DNA of 52,807 nucleotides, from positions 1-52,807 of the forward strand of contig CALBPE010000113.1 in the NCBI GenBank assembly GCA_937899275.1, in the 5' to 3' direction. The translations under genes were made by a program, and so were the position numbers. Positions 18,438-27,824 of the stretch are shown here, one piece after another. The stretch is from an uncultured Chlamydiae bacterium (lineage in GTDB: Bacteria; Chlamydiota; Chlamydiia; Chlamydiales; SM23-39). Below the pieces are notes generated by a model, which was given only the letters and a program-made list of their open reading frames with translations, had not been told where the DNA came from and did not search any database. The stretch's first letter is position 1; each line of letters begins with the position of its first letter.

Positions 18438-18466
18438 TTGCAAACGAAAAAAATGCCCATTATAAT
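18438..18466 (+). promoter_or_regulatory. sigma66/70 promoter of hrcA-grpE-dnaK
   Basis: TTGCAA-17 nt-TATAAT. Confidence 0.8.
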
Positions 18467-18492
18467 AAGAGGTAGAAAAAGAAGGATTTTCT

Positions 18493-19608
18493 TTGAAAAA
18501 CTTAATGGCAAAAAAACCAAGTAAGCAAGAACGAGAAAAGCAGGTGCTTTTCAAATTGATCTCGCTTTACGTAGAGACAGGCAAGCCTGTCGGTTCAGAT
18601 ACGTTAAGAAGTCAAGGATTTAGCGGGATTAGCTCTGCCACCATCCGAAACGACTTTGTCCGGTTAGAAAAAGAGGGTTTTTTAGAACAGCCCCACTCTT
18701 CTGGAGGCAGAATCCCCACAATCAAAGCGTACCGATTTTTTGCCGATCAATACAAAGATGCCCCTCTTCCAGCGGAAACGCTATTTTTCCCAGATACTCC
18801 CAATAAAGAGCTGTTAGCCTTTGTAGATAAAGCGGGAGAGATCTTATCGGAAAAAACAGGCTGCCCTGTATTTTTATCTCTTCCCCTATTTGAAATGGAT
18901 TTTATACAAAAAGTCCGGTTTATTCTTCTGGAAGAGAAAAAGCTTTTGGCTATTGTGCTGACCGATTTTGGTTTAATCCACACAGAAAGTTTTTACACAG
19001 AAAACGCTGTAGAAAACGACTCTCTTTCTTTAATAGAAGCCTATTTTAGCTGGAGACTCAATAAACAAGAGCTGCCTGCCATTGCTGATGAAAAACTGCG
19101 TAAAACCGCCCAAAGACTCTACAACGAGCTGATGGTCCGCTTCATTGTGTACTCTTCTTCTACCCAAGAAAAAAGCCTGATCCAAATGGGTCTATCAAAA
19201 CTTCTCGCCTACCCTGAGTTTTCAGAAGCATCGAGCTTAGCATCGAGCCTATCTCTTTTTGAGAGCCCTAGTCTTATGCAAAAACTCCTCAAGCAGGCGA
19301 TGAAAAAGCGAGATATCTTATATTTCATTGGAGAAGATTTTTTAGAAAAAGACTGCAGCGTTATTGCAATTCCCTATTACATCAACCATAGCGTTTCAGG
19401 AGCATTAGGCATTTTAGGCCCTTTGCGACTGCCATACGGAAAGCTCTTTCAATTGATGAAAAGCCTTTCAAAAGAATTATCAGAGCGCCTTACAGAAACA
19501 GTCTCTACATTGCATATCTCGTTTAAAACGTACGACGACGTGCAAAAAGAAGAGCACCTTGAGGCATGCTCATCCATCCTCTTGGAGGATAAGAGTCAAT
19601 CATTTTAG
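18493..19608 (+). CDS. hrcA: Heat-inducible transcription repressor HrcA (start 18493 TTG or 18505 ATG)
   Basis: YVETGKPVGS, SSATIRN, LEQPHSSGGRIPT, GILGPLRLPY motifs; heads grpE-dnaK. Confidence 0.95.
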   Translation: MKNLMAKKPSKQEREKQVLFKLISLYVETGKPVGSDTLRSQGFSGISSATIRNDFVRLEKEGFLEQPHSSGGRIPTIKAYRFFADQYKDAPLPAETLFFPDTPNKELLAFVDKAGEILSEKTGCPVFLSLPLFEMDFIQKVRFILLEEKKLLAIVLTDFGLIHTESFYTENAVENDSLSLIEAYFSWRLNKQELPAIADEKLRKTAQRLYNELMVRFIVYSSSTQEKSLIQMGLSKLLAYPEFSEASSLASSLSLFESPSLMQKLLKQAMKKRDILYFIGEDFLEKDCSVIAIPYYINHSVSGALGILGPLRLPYGKLFQLMKSLSKELSERLTETVSTLHISFKTYDDVQKEEHLEACSSILLEDKSQSF

Positions 19609-19618
19609 GAGAACATAC

Positions 19619-20161
19619 ATGGAAAAAGAGCCACAAACAAGTGAAGTGGAAGAAGAAACGAAAGAGCCTACTGAAGAGGCTCAAGAGGATTTCAAACAAA
19701 AGTACCTTCTTACTCTAGCAGAGTTAGAAAATATGCGTAAAAGGATGCAAAAAGAAAAACAGGAAATGATTCAGCTGTCGGTAGAAAACGCGATTGCAGG
19801 ATTTTTACCTATCATCGATAGCTTTGAAAAAGCGCTGAAATCAGCAGATCAAGTATCGGATGAGATCAAAACATGGGCTTTTGGATTTCAGATGTTTCTC
19901 TCGCAATTTCGGGAAGTACTGCACAACCATGGTATCGTCGCATTTCATTCAGAAGGCAATGTATTCGATCCCCACTACCATGAAGCAGTCGAAACTATGC
20001 AAACCGATGCGTATCCTGAAGGAACCATTTTAGAAGAGTTTTCGAAAGGATACAAAAGCGAAAAAAGGATCATTAGACCCGCTCGCGTAAAAGTCGCGCA
20101 AACACTAGAAGAATCTACAGAGCAAAAAGATAAACATAAGGAGAACACCCGTGGCGAATAA
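19619..20161 (+). CDS. grpE: Nucleotide exchange factor GrpE
   Basis: [22 protein letters not shown]...IRPARVKV; AGGAG RBS before ATG 19619. Confidence 0.95.
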   Translation: MEKEPQTSEVEEETKEPTEEAQEDFKQKYLLTLAELENMRKRMQKEKQEMIQLSVENAIAGFLPIIDSFEKALKSADQVSDEIKTWAFGFQMFLSQFREVLHNHGIVAFHSEGNVFDPHYHEAVETMQTDAYPEGTILEEFSKGYKSEKRIIRPARVKVAQTLEESTEQKDKHKENTRGE

Positions 20162-22067
20162 GAAAAAATACGTAATAGGTATTGACCTTGGAACCACCAA
20201 CTCTTGCGTAGCCGTTATGGAAGGCAAGCAAGCAAAAGTGATTCCAAATCCTGAAGGAGCAAGAACGACTCCTTCGATTATTGGATATAAAGGAAATGAG
20301 CGTTTTGCTGGAATCGCTGCTAAAAGACAAGCGATTACAAACCCAGAAAAAACGCTGTATTCCACCAAACGCTTTATCGGAAGAAAATACGATGAAGTCG
20401 CATCAGAAATTACTACTGTTCCTTATAAAGTCGCTAAAAACACCAATGGCGACGTTGCTTTTGATATTGATGGCAAGCTCATTTCCCCAGAGGAAGTAGC
20501 GGCTCAAGTCCTCATCAAAATGAAAGAAACAGCAGAAAACTACTTAGGCGCAGAAGTAACAGAAGCAGTCGTTACTGTTCCCGCCTATTTCAACGACTCG
20601 CAAAGACAGTCAACAAAAGACGCAGGCAGAATTGCAGGTCTTGACGTCAAAAGAATCATCCCAGAGCCAACAGCAGCAGCGCTTTCTTATGGATTGGATA
20701 AAAACCAAGATAAGAAAATCGCTGTATACGACCTGGGCGGCGGAACATTTGATATTTCCATCTTAGAAATTGGTGATGGAGTATTTGAGGTACTGGCCAC
20801 AAATGGAGATACCCACCTAGGTGGAGATGATTTTGACGATGCAATCATCCAATGGATTTTACAAGAATTCAAACAGGAACATGGCATTGATCTATCAAAA
20901 GATAAAATGGCGCTGCAACGGATCAAAGACGCTGCAGAAAAAGCAAAAATCGAGCTCTCTGGCACGCAGTCTACAGAAATCAACCAGCCATTTATCTCTA
21001 TGGATAGCTCTGGTCCAAAACACCTTTCTTTACAGCTAACAAAATCAAAGCTAGAGTCGCTTTGCCTTAGCTTAGTAGAAAGAACTGTAGAACCTTGCTT
21101 AAATGCGTTGAAAGACGCAGGACTTACAAAAGACCAAATTGACGATGTGGTTCTTGTAGGCGGCATGACTAGAATGCCTGCAGTGCAAGCAAAAGTACGA
21201 GAAACTTTCGGTAAAGACCCTCATAAAGGCGTCAATCCCGATGAAGCAGTAGCTCTTGGAGCAGCTACCCAAGGCGGCATCATCACAGGTGATGTAAAAG
21301 ACGTGCTACTATTAGACGTAGTTCCCCTAACCTTAGGTATCGAAACAGTAGGAGGCGTCATGACCCCTCTTATTGAAAGAAATACCACAATACCTGCACA
21401 GAAAAAACAGGTATTTTCCACTGCAACAGATAACCAACCTGCTGTCACTATTGTCGTCTTGCAAGGAGAGCGTCCTATGGCAAAAGACAATAAGGAAATT
21501 GGCCGTTTTGACCTAACAGATATTCCTCCAGCAGCTCGTGGAACCCCTCAAATCGAAGTTACATTTGACTTAGATGCCGATGGTATTCTCCACGTATCTG
21601 CTAAAGATAAGCAGACGGGTAAAGAGCAAAAAATCCGCATTGAGTCTCGTTCTGGATTATCAGAAGAAGAGATCCAAAAAAAGATCCAAGAAGCGGAAAT
21701 GAATGCTGAAGCAGACCGCACACGCAAAGAGGAAATCGAAACGAAAAACGAAGCAGAGTCTCTCGCTTTTAGAGCGCAAAAATCGCTCGATGAATACAAA
21801 GCGAAGATTCCAGGAGACGTTGTTTCAGAGATCCAAGAGAAAATCGATGTCTTGAAAAAAGCCATTGAAGAAAACAACATAAACTCTATGAAAAAAGCGT
21901 CTGATTCTCTGCAGAAAAGCCTGCAAAAAATCGGCGAATCTATGAAAAAAAACCCTCAAGGCCAAACAGCTGCTACAAACGAGCAGCCTCAAGCAAAGCC
22001 GAATCAAGAAAAAGATGCGGTAGAGGAATCAGAAGTAGAGATCCAAGACGAAGACGAAAAAATATAG
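20151..22067 (+). CDS. dnaK: Chaperone DnaK
   Basis: [37 protein letters not shown]; GTG start with AGGAG RBS. Confidence 0.99.
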   Translation: MANKKKYVIGIDLGTTNSCVAVMEGKQAKVIPNPEGARTTPSIIGYKGNERFAGIAAKRQAITNPEKTLYSTKRFIGRKYDEVASEITTVPYKVAKNTNGDVAFDIDGKLISPEEVAAQVLIKMKETAENYLGAEVTEAVVTVPAYFNDSQRQSTKDAGRIAGLDVKRIIPEPTAAALSYGLDKNQDKKIAVYDLGGGTFDISILEIGDGVFEVLATNGDTHLGGDDFDDAIIQWILQEFKQEHGIDLSKDKMALQRIKDAAEKAKIELSGTQSTEINQPFISMDSSGPKHLSLQLTKSKLESLCLSLVERTVEPCLNALKDAGLTKDQIDDVVLVGGMTRMPAVQAKVRETFGKDPHKGVNPDEAVALGAATQGGIITGDVKDVLLLDVVPLTLGIETVGGVMTPLIERNTTIPAQKKQVFSTATDNQPAVTIVVLQGERPMAKDNKEIGRFDLTDIPPAARGTPQIEVTFDLDADGILHVSAKDKQTGKEQKIRIESRSGLSEEEIQKKIQEAEMNAEADRTRKEEIETKNEAESLAFRAQKSLDEYKAKIPGDVVSEIQEKIDVLKKAIEENNINSMKKASDSLQKSLQKIGESMKKNPQGQTAATNEQPQAKPNQEKDAVEESEVEIQDEDEKI

Positions 22068-22081
22068 TCTTCCACTAAAAT

Positions 22082-22107
22082 AGGCGCTAGTTTCTAGCGC
22101 CTTTTTT
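22082..22107 (+). terminator. Rho-independent terminator after dnaK
   Basis: aggcgctag-ttt-ctagcgcct followed by a T run. Confidence 0.85.
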
Positions 22108-22136
22108 CCCACCTGCATGCTTTTTTACGATTTTTT

Positions 22137-22925
22137 CTATTTCTCGCCTACAGTATTCACTGTACCTACAGTCTGTACAACTAACAAGACAAGTGTTCGA
22201 AAGTGCTCTGGAAGTTGATCCTTATGAATCTTAGTATTGAGCTTTTCTAGACTCTTAAAGTAGGTCCAAAAATCTCTACCTACTGAAGGATGTTCTGTTT
22301 CTTTTTCCAATTGATTGGATTTACTCTCCAGCGCTTGGTAATTAAACTCCCAATTACGATCATGTCTAGAATTCCAAATATGGTCTTGTCCTGCACGACC
22401 AAGGCGAATCGAATCTTCTATCCGCCTTGCGCTATCTTCGTCTGCTTTTTTCAATTGAGAAAATTCCCTCTTTATAGCAGTTTTTAGATTGGTGCAAGAC
22501 TGACCCCAATTAGTCTTATCATATGACACACCCAAACGTTTGGCCATTTCATTAATCGATTGTTCCGTTTTCTCTTATTGTGATTTTGTACCATTCTGAA
22601 CAAATAACTGAAGTTTTGTATCATCTGACAACAACCTGGCGAATTTTTGTTCTATATGTGTTGTTGTTGTCCAGTCATAAATTATACATGCGAGTCCAAT
22701 AGGTGGTACACTATTCCAGCAACCTGCTGCTACAACTGCTCTAGATACCTTACTAGCTGCTTTGGATAAAAGTTCGCTACCATTCATACGTATTTTGCAA
22801 GATTGTATTGCAGCTTTCCGTGGATCTAAACTGGCAGTTTTGCTGTCTTCAGCTGGACTGGGTGGTAGGGGCAGATGAGGTGGCAGATTTATCGAATGAG
22901 AAATAGGAGAAACCATGATATACAC
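22137..22925 (-). pseudogene. Hypothetical protein (Pro/Ser-rich N-terminus), with an in-frame TAA at 22575-22577
   Basis: ORFs 22575..22925 and 22137..22547 are in frame with an open linker (GTKSQ*EKTEQSINEMAKRLG); AGAGG RBS lies before ATG 22916. Confidence 0.6.
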
Positions 22926-23115
22926 CTCTAATTAAAATTTTTGAGAAATTAGCTTACAGACAAGGAGAAATTTTATGAAAGTACTTTTACTATGCGCACA
23001 AAGATAAAAAATGATCAGTACAGTGAGATGGTTCATCTATTCATATGAACGATCTGAGCCCTATTTAAGCTAAAAAGAGGATCTCTAACAAAAAAGCTAG
23101 CTACTCAAAAAGTCA

Positions 23116-23745
23116 TTAAAACCAGTAAGCCTTTCTTGCAGTAACTTTTTGCACGAAAAGAAGGTTTATATGCCTAACAAGAGTTTGTAATACTTTAGGT
23201 TTGCTCGCTATATTTTTTTGATGGAACACCAGAAGTCCATACAGGATCTGTAGTTTCTGAATATTTTCTGTACTTTTTAGCGATTTAAGCTGCATTTCAA
23301 ATAAATTAGATATTTCACCTTTAAAATCTTCGTTTGCAGGGTCTTCCAGGACTGTATTTAATGCCTTAAAAAAGTTCTGAAAAGACTGCGCGGGATCACT
23401 ATACATTTTCTCTAGGTTCAAGCCTAGTGCATTAAGAAAAAGAGGTAAATTGGTGCTGAGCGTTTCAGCTATACGGCTTTTTTCTCGATCGATATTACCA
23501 CTTAAAATCATAGCATGACGAAGCGCTAGCCCTGCAAATACGCCTACAGCTCCGCTTGCAGCGGCTAGTATGGGAGAAACCCCATAAATGCAAGAAATCG
23601 CTATACCTGCTACGGCAATAACCCCCAAAGCAACGGAGGCTACTTTTAGGTAATTCATGCGGGTTTTATGCTGATCCCAAGGAGATGGTGTAGAGGAAGA
23701 TGTACTAGAAAAAAAACAGGGGCAAAAAGTTCGTATACTTTGCAT
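23116..23745 (-). CDS. Inc-like hypothetical membrane protein, array paralog 1
   Basis: PWDQHK followed by a ~50-aa bilobed hydrophobic stretch and a helical tail. Confidence 0.8.
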   Translation of the reverse strand: MQSIRTFCPCFFSSTSSSTPSPWDQHKTRMNYLKVASVALGVIAVAGIAISCIYGVSPILAAASGAVGVFAGLALRHAMILSGNIDREKSRIAETLSTNLPLFLNALGLNLEKMYSDPAQSFQNFFKALNTVLEDPANEDFKGEISNLFEMQLKSLKSTENIQKLQILYGLLVFHQKNIASKPKVLQTLVRHINLLFVQKVTARKAYWF

Positions 23746-23875
23746 AATTTACCTTTGAAATAGTTAAACAGGAAATTTTATACACACAAATTTTAAAAGG
23801 AAATCTTTTTATTTTCGATGATTACATATTAGGAAAAAAATAGACTATATTTAGCTACTTAAAGAAAGATCTAGA

Positions 23876-24637
23876 CTACGCTCTAAAAAAACAACCCATT
23901 AGCCAGGTGTTTTTTGAGATTGCAGATGCGTCTTTTGCTGTAAAATTTGCGAATACAACAGTAAAAGGAAACGTTTCTTTGTAATCTTTTAACCAAGAAA
24001 AAAAAGTGTAATAGATAGATGCTTGGCGATATTTTACTGCCTTATCTGAGCTGTCTACTAACGAATTCGCCAAAAATTGGAAAACCTCCGTCTGATTTTT
24101 TCTATCGGCTTCTGACCCAGGTATTTCTTTGTCAAAAAAGCGATTAAGTAAGTAAGCCATAAATTTTGTTTGGTGGTTTTTATATTTGGCAGTATCATTA
24201 CCTAAGATCTTATCGAGATAATACAGGCCAAATTCTAAAAACGCTTTAACCTTTTCGGAACAATTAGGGGGATTGAAGTGCGCATAATTGGCTTTCTCAA
24301 AGATCGTATTTATCCAATTTGGATAATCTTCATGATGCTTTTCAATCCATGAATGGGCATGATTTAATAGGTTTTCTCGGATCACGCTCATATCTCGAAA
24401 AATAACCGCAGCGCCTATACCTACAACAACGCTTACTGCAGCCCAGGTAAAGCTGGAATACACACCAAGAAAAAAACCAGCTGTTAGCGCTAAAGCAGCT
24501 AAAGCTATAGACGCTACTTGCCCTATGCAGATTTTTTGGTCGAGCCTTTGAAAGGAAGTGGGAGCTTTTGCGGTGATTTCTGAAAACAGCTTCCCGGAAA
24601 AAAAATCTCTTGCAAAAGGATATATTTGTGTAGTCAT
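23876..24637 (-). CDS. Inc-like hypothetical membrane protein, array paralog 2
   Basis: VASIALAALALTAGFFLGVYSSFTWAAVSVVVGIGAAVIFRD hairpin; C-terminal ISKNTWL. Confidence 0.8.
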   Translation of the reverse strand: MTTQIYPFARDFFSGKLFSEITAKAPTSFQRLDQKICIGQVASIALAALALTAGFFLGVYSSFTWAAVSVVVGIGAAVIFRDMSVIRENLLNHAHSWIEKHHEDYPNWINTIFEKANYAHFNPPNCSEKVKAFLEFGLYYLDKILGNDTAKYKNHQTKFMAYLLNRFFDKEIPGSEADRKNQTEVFQFLANSLVDSSDKAVKYRQASIYYTFFSWLKDYKETFPFTVVFANFTAKDASAISKNTWLMGCFFRA

Positions 24638-24710
24638 TGTGATATACCATTTAAAAGACGTAAATCTTATTAGAGATCATCAATTTAATCAAGCCTATCT
24701 GCAAGACGTA

Positions 24711-25424
24711 CTATATCCACGAGGATCTAATCCACAAAGTACCTTTACTCACCTCTTCATTGATGATATGTGCATGCAGCCGGCAAGACAGTAGGCGATA
24801 TAAGTCGGTATTGTTGCAGATATACTCATGACACCGCTTTTCTAGATCTGAGAGTTTTTTATATACTTCAGCATTTTTCAGCGATTGATCTCTAGATCGA
24901 TCCACGGTCAGCTCTTGAACCGCATTGGCCACATTATCTGCTTCATTTGGAATGGATTGCACGGCGCTTTGATCTGTTACCTTTGGTCGAGATATCACAA
25001 AAAGTGTAAGAAAATCGATGTAGGCTTTAAAAAAGATTTTTTTATCTTGAAGAGACTCCAAACAAGACTTTTCTTTGGCGTAGTGACCTTGTAATAACCT
25101 TTTGCATAAAGAGCTATTTCTCACAAAGTATTCATGTAAATTAGAACGCATCTGCCTTAAGTTTGTCTGTATCATTTTGACATCTCGGAACAAAACCGCC
25201 GCCCCTACACCAAGAAAAAATCCAAATCCTGCTAGAAAAATCGAGCTTTTATACGCAGCTATACATGCTGTCAAAAGCGCAATTGCACCTAAAGCAATGG
25301 TAGAAATGCGCCAAAAACTCAGTGCTTTTTCATGCTGCTGCCAAGGATAATTTTTAGAAAAAGCAGGTGAAGAATAAGAAGAGCATACTTGCGTCATTTT
25401 TTTTACTCCATACAGTGTGTACAA
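24711..25424 (-). CDS. Inc-like hypothetical membrane protein, array paralog 3 (start possibly ATG 25397)
   Basis: YPWQQHEK, hairpin ending GAAVLFRDVKMIQTNLRQMRSN; C-terminal VSKGTLWI. Confidence 0.8.
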   Translation of the reverse strand: MYTLYGVKKMTQVCSSYSSPAFSKNYPWQQHEKALSFWRISTIALGAIALLTACIAAYKSSIFLAGFGFFLGVGAAVLFRDVKMIQTNLRQMRSNLHEYFVRNSSLCKRLLQGHYAKEKSCLESLQDKKIFFKAYIDFLTLFVISRPKVTDQSAVQSIPNEADNVANAVQELTVDRSRDQSLKNAEVYKKLSDLEKRCHEYICNNTDLYRLLSCRLHAHIINEEVSKGTLWIRSSWI

Positions 25425-25544
25425 TTTTTTTAAATCGCATGTACAATAAAAAAACAGATGGATTTCGTCTATAACGATGATGCAATAAAAAAGCTTTTCT
25501 ATGTAAAAAATATGATCGCTTGATCAGCATGTATATATACGAAC

Positions 25545-26288
25545 TTACACACGAGAGGATGGAATCAACCAAGAACCCTTACAAATCGCTTTACGCACAA
25601 CAGGTGGAAAAAGCTTAGAAAGCAAGCAAAAGTACAACCTAGGGTCAGAACAAAGGTGTTTATGACAGTTTTTGGCCATCTCTGAGAGCCTTTCACATAG
25701 TATCGATTTACTACGTATATTAGCCCTACTTAGGTTTTGCACCTGAGCGACTATCTGCGATAAGGTGGTCACATCATGATGATCTTCCGGCATCTTCTCA
25801 ACATACGCATCCATAAATCCCACATAAGATTCTATAAAACGTATGTCATCGAAGGCTTTACCATTATGCGTATCTTTTTGAGGATACAATTTTTGTACTA
25901 CTTTCTTGCATAAAGATTGATTTTGAATAAAGTACCTTGCTGGATTAGAGCGCATCTGGCTGAAGTTTTTCTGCATTACTTTTGTATCTCGGAATAAGAT
26001 GACCGATTTTAAACTAATCAAAAAACCTAAGATCCCTAAAAAAGTAGATGATATGTACATAGCAGCAAATGCTGTCAAAACAGCAATTGCCATGCAGGCA
26101 ATAGAATAAATACGCCAGTGATTTAAGGCATTTTTATGTTGATCCCAAGGATAAGATGGATAGCTATCGAGAGATATACGCTGAAAACTCAAGAAATTTT
26201 CACCTTCTCCCTCTGTACATCGCACATACACAGTACGATCGTATTGTGTAATGCCAGGTCCTGGGATAATGCGTATTTCTGCTGTCAT
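25545..26288 (-). CDS. Inc-like hypothetical membrane protein, array paralog 4
   Basis: YPWDQHK, hairpin ending ILFRDTKVMQKNFSQMRSN; C-terminal ICKGSWLI. Confidence 0.8.
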   Translation of the reverse strand: MTAEIRIIPGPGITQYDRTVYVRCTEGEGENFLSFQRISLDSYPSYPWDQHKNALNHWRIYSIACMAIAVLTAFAAMYISSTFLGILGFLISLKSVILFRDTKVMQKNFSQMRSNPARYFIQNQSLCKKVVQKLYPQKDTHNGKAFDDIRFIESYVGFMDAYVEKMPEDHHDVTTLSQIVAQVQNLSRANIRSKSILCERLSEMAKNCHKHLCSDPRLYFCLLSKLFPPVVRKAICKGSWLIPSSRV

Positions 26289-26417
26289 CTCTCTACTCCG
26301 GATAATAGAGGGTTATTAAAAGATCTACTTTACAAAAATGCAGGGTTCTAAGGTAGAAAAAGCATTTTTTAATTAGGGATAATTATATAGTTTATTAAAA
26401 AAAATAAAAAGACTTAT

Positions 26418-26687
26418 TTAGATTAAGCAACATAATAAATAAACTTTTGATTCCCATAGATTGTTAAAATTTTTCTTAGAAACAGCTCCATTGTCCACCT
26501 CTAAAACCTGCTTTCTACATAGATTAGTCTGCTGGGCTAAATGCGCAAAATCAAGCACACAAACAGCGGAGATGCAGCTAATTGCCAAAGCGATAGTCGA
26601 TCCTATGGGATACGCCCCCAAAAGACTGATAAAAGTAGAAAAAGCTTGCAAGGCAATGAAAGTAACAATAAATGCGCAACCTTTCAA
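26418..26687 (-). pseudogene. Probable decayed array member (hydrophobic hairpin only)
   Basis: Bilobed hydrophobic stretch ending SAVCVLDFAHLAQQTN; weak TTG start; upstream frames contain stops. Confidence 0.4.
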
Positions 26688-26882
26688 ATTTAGAACGTGC
26701 GCACTTGGTTTTTTTCGTCAAATTAGCCAGATGTACCAGGAAATTTTGCTATTACAAAGATTAAACTCCTATCGACAAGAATCTTCCATTTGATAGAAGT
26801 TTTAGTTTAATCATGTTAGCGCGGTTTACAAATTTACACCAAAAACATTCTTTTTGGCGTAAATTCGCTATAAAAAAGGGCT

Positions 26883-27182
26883 TTATGGCTTATGGGGTCT
26901 GAGCAATAAGGCATAAGCGATCCTGGCAAAGATCCCTGTAATTAATGTAGTTCCAATAGACATTGTGATCAATGCAGCTGTAAAGCTTGCACCTTGACAC
27001 GCTACAATGGTAGAAAAAGTAGTAAAGAATATTGCTGATATATGGGCTAATAATTCTGAACCTAATACTGCTTGTTTTTTTTCTTGAGGTTGTCTGTCTA
27101 GATCTGGCACAAACAGAATCGAAATAGGGGTGTTGATAATTGGACTACATAAATTATTCAATGAGTTAAGTAAGGCAGTCAT
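26883..27182 (-). CDS. Small Inc-like hypothetical membrane protein
   Basis: 99 aa, AGGAGA RBS, two-lobed hydrophobic C-terminal half. Confidence 0.7.
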   Translation of the reverse strand: MTALLNSLNNLCSPIINTPISILFVPDLDRQPQEKKQAVLGSELLAHISAIFFTTFSTIVACQGASFTAALITMSIGTTLITGIFARIAYALLLRPHKP

Positions 27183-27258
27183 AAAATTCTCCTGATTTTT
27201 CTAGTGAAATTATAAAGTAAACGCGCAATAAAGGCCATTAGTAATTATGAAAAACTTT

Positions 27259-27705
27259 TTATCTTTTTGAGAGGCCCAATAGTTCTCTTCTCATCGTTGA
27301 CCAAGAAAATGACTTATCTGCTTCTATTAACTCACATAATTTGTCTAATTTTCTAGGCGAAGTCACATCTGTTTCGAAGCTCAAACCCATGTAACCCTGA
27401 AAGCCTGCCTTATAAAAACGTTTAGCTACCACATAAAGATACAACAGCTGCACGGACATGCTAAGACAAAATAACGTCGAAATCAGACCACAAAGTGTTA
27501 CAAAAGCGCCAATAGGAGAGGCCATAGAAACCACTCCCATACTGATGGCAAATGTAACGCTGAAAGCTCCCGCAAGATAAGCAAGAGATTCTAAAGCGAT
27601 AAAAGTTATCCGAGAATACAGTTCTTTATATGAAGTAGGCGGAATAAGATCTAAAGACATAGAAGGAAAAGAAGACAAAGGAGTTATACTTAGTGTACTA
27701 CTCAT
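27259..27705 (-). CDS. Inc-like hypothetical membrane protein
   Basis: 148 aa, Ser/Pro-rich N-terminus, ~60-aa bilobed hydrophobic region. Confidence 0.75.
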   Translation of the reverse strand: MSSTLSITPLSSFPSMSLDLIPPTSYKELYSRITFIALESLAYLAGAFSVTFAISMGVVSMASPIGAFVTLCGLISTLFCLSMSVQLLYLYVVAKRFYKAGFQGYMGLSFETDVTSPRKLDKLCELIEADKSFSWSTMRRELLGLSKR

Positions 27706-27824
27706 AACAGTCCATTTGTTGTTTTCATTTAAGATTTTAACTAGAATTAAATAAAGAAACCAATAAAAACTTTTTTACAACAAATAAGTTTATTTTTATT
27801 TTTTTTCAATTAAAAAATAGTTCT

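Noticed and set aside
20105-22007. Several long antisense ORFs over dnaK (similar ones over lepA, the ATPase and ytgC)
   Set aside because: Typical antisense shadows of conserved genes.
3485-22577. Alternative genetic code or selenocysteine readthrough explaining the internal stops
   Set aside because: TAA, TAG and TGA all occur as internal stops and all terminate ordinary genes here; the ftsK TGA falls at a Val/Ala position, not Trp, Gly or Cys.
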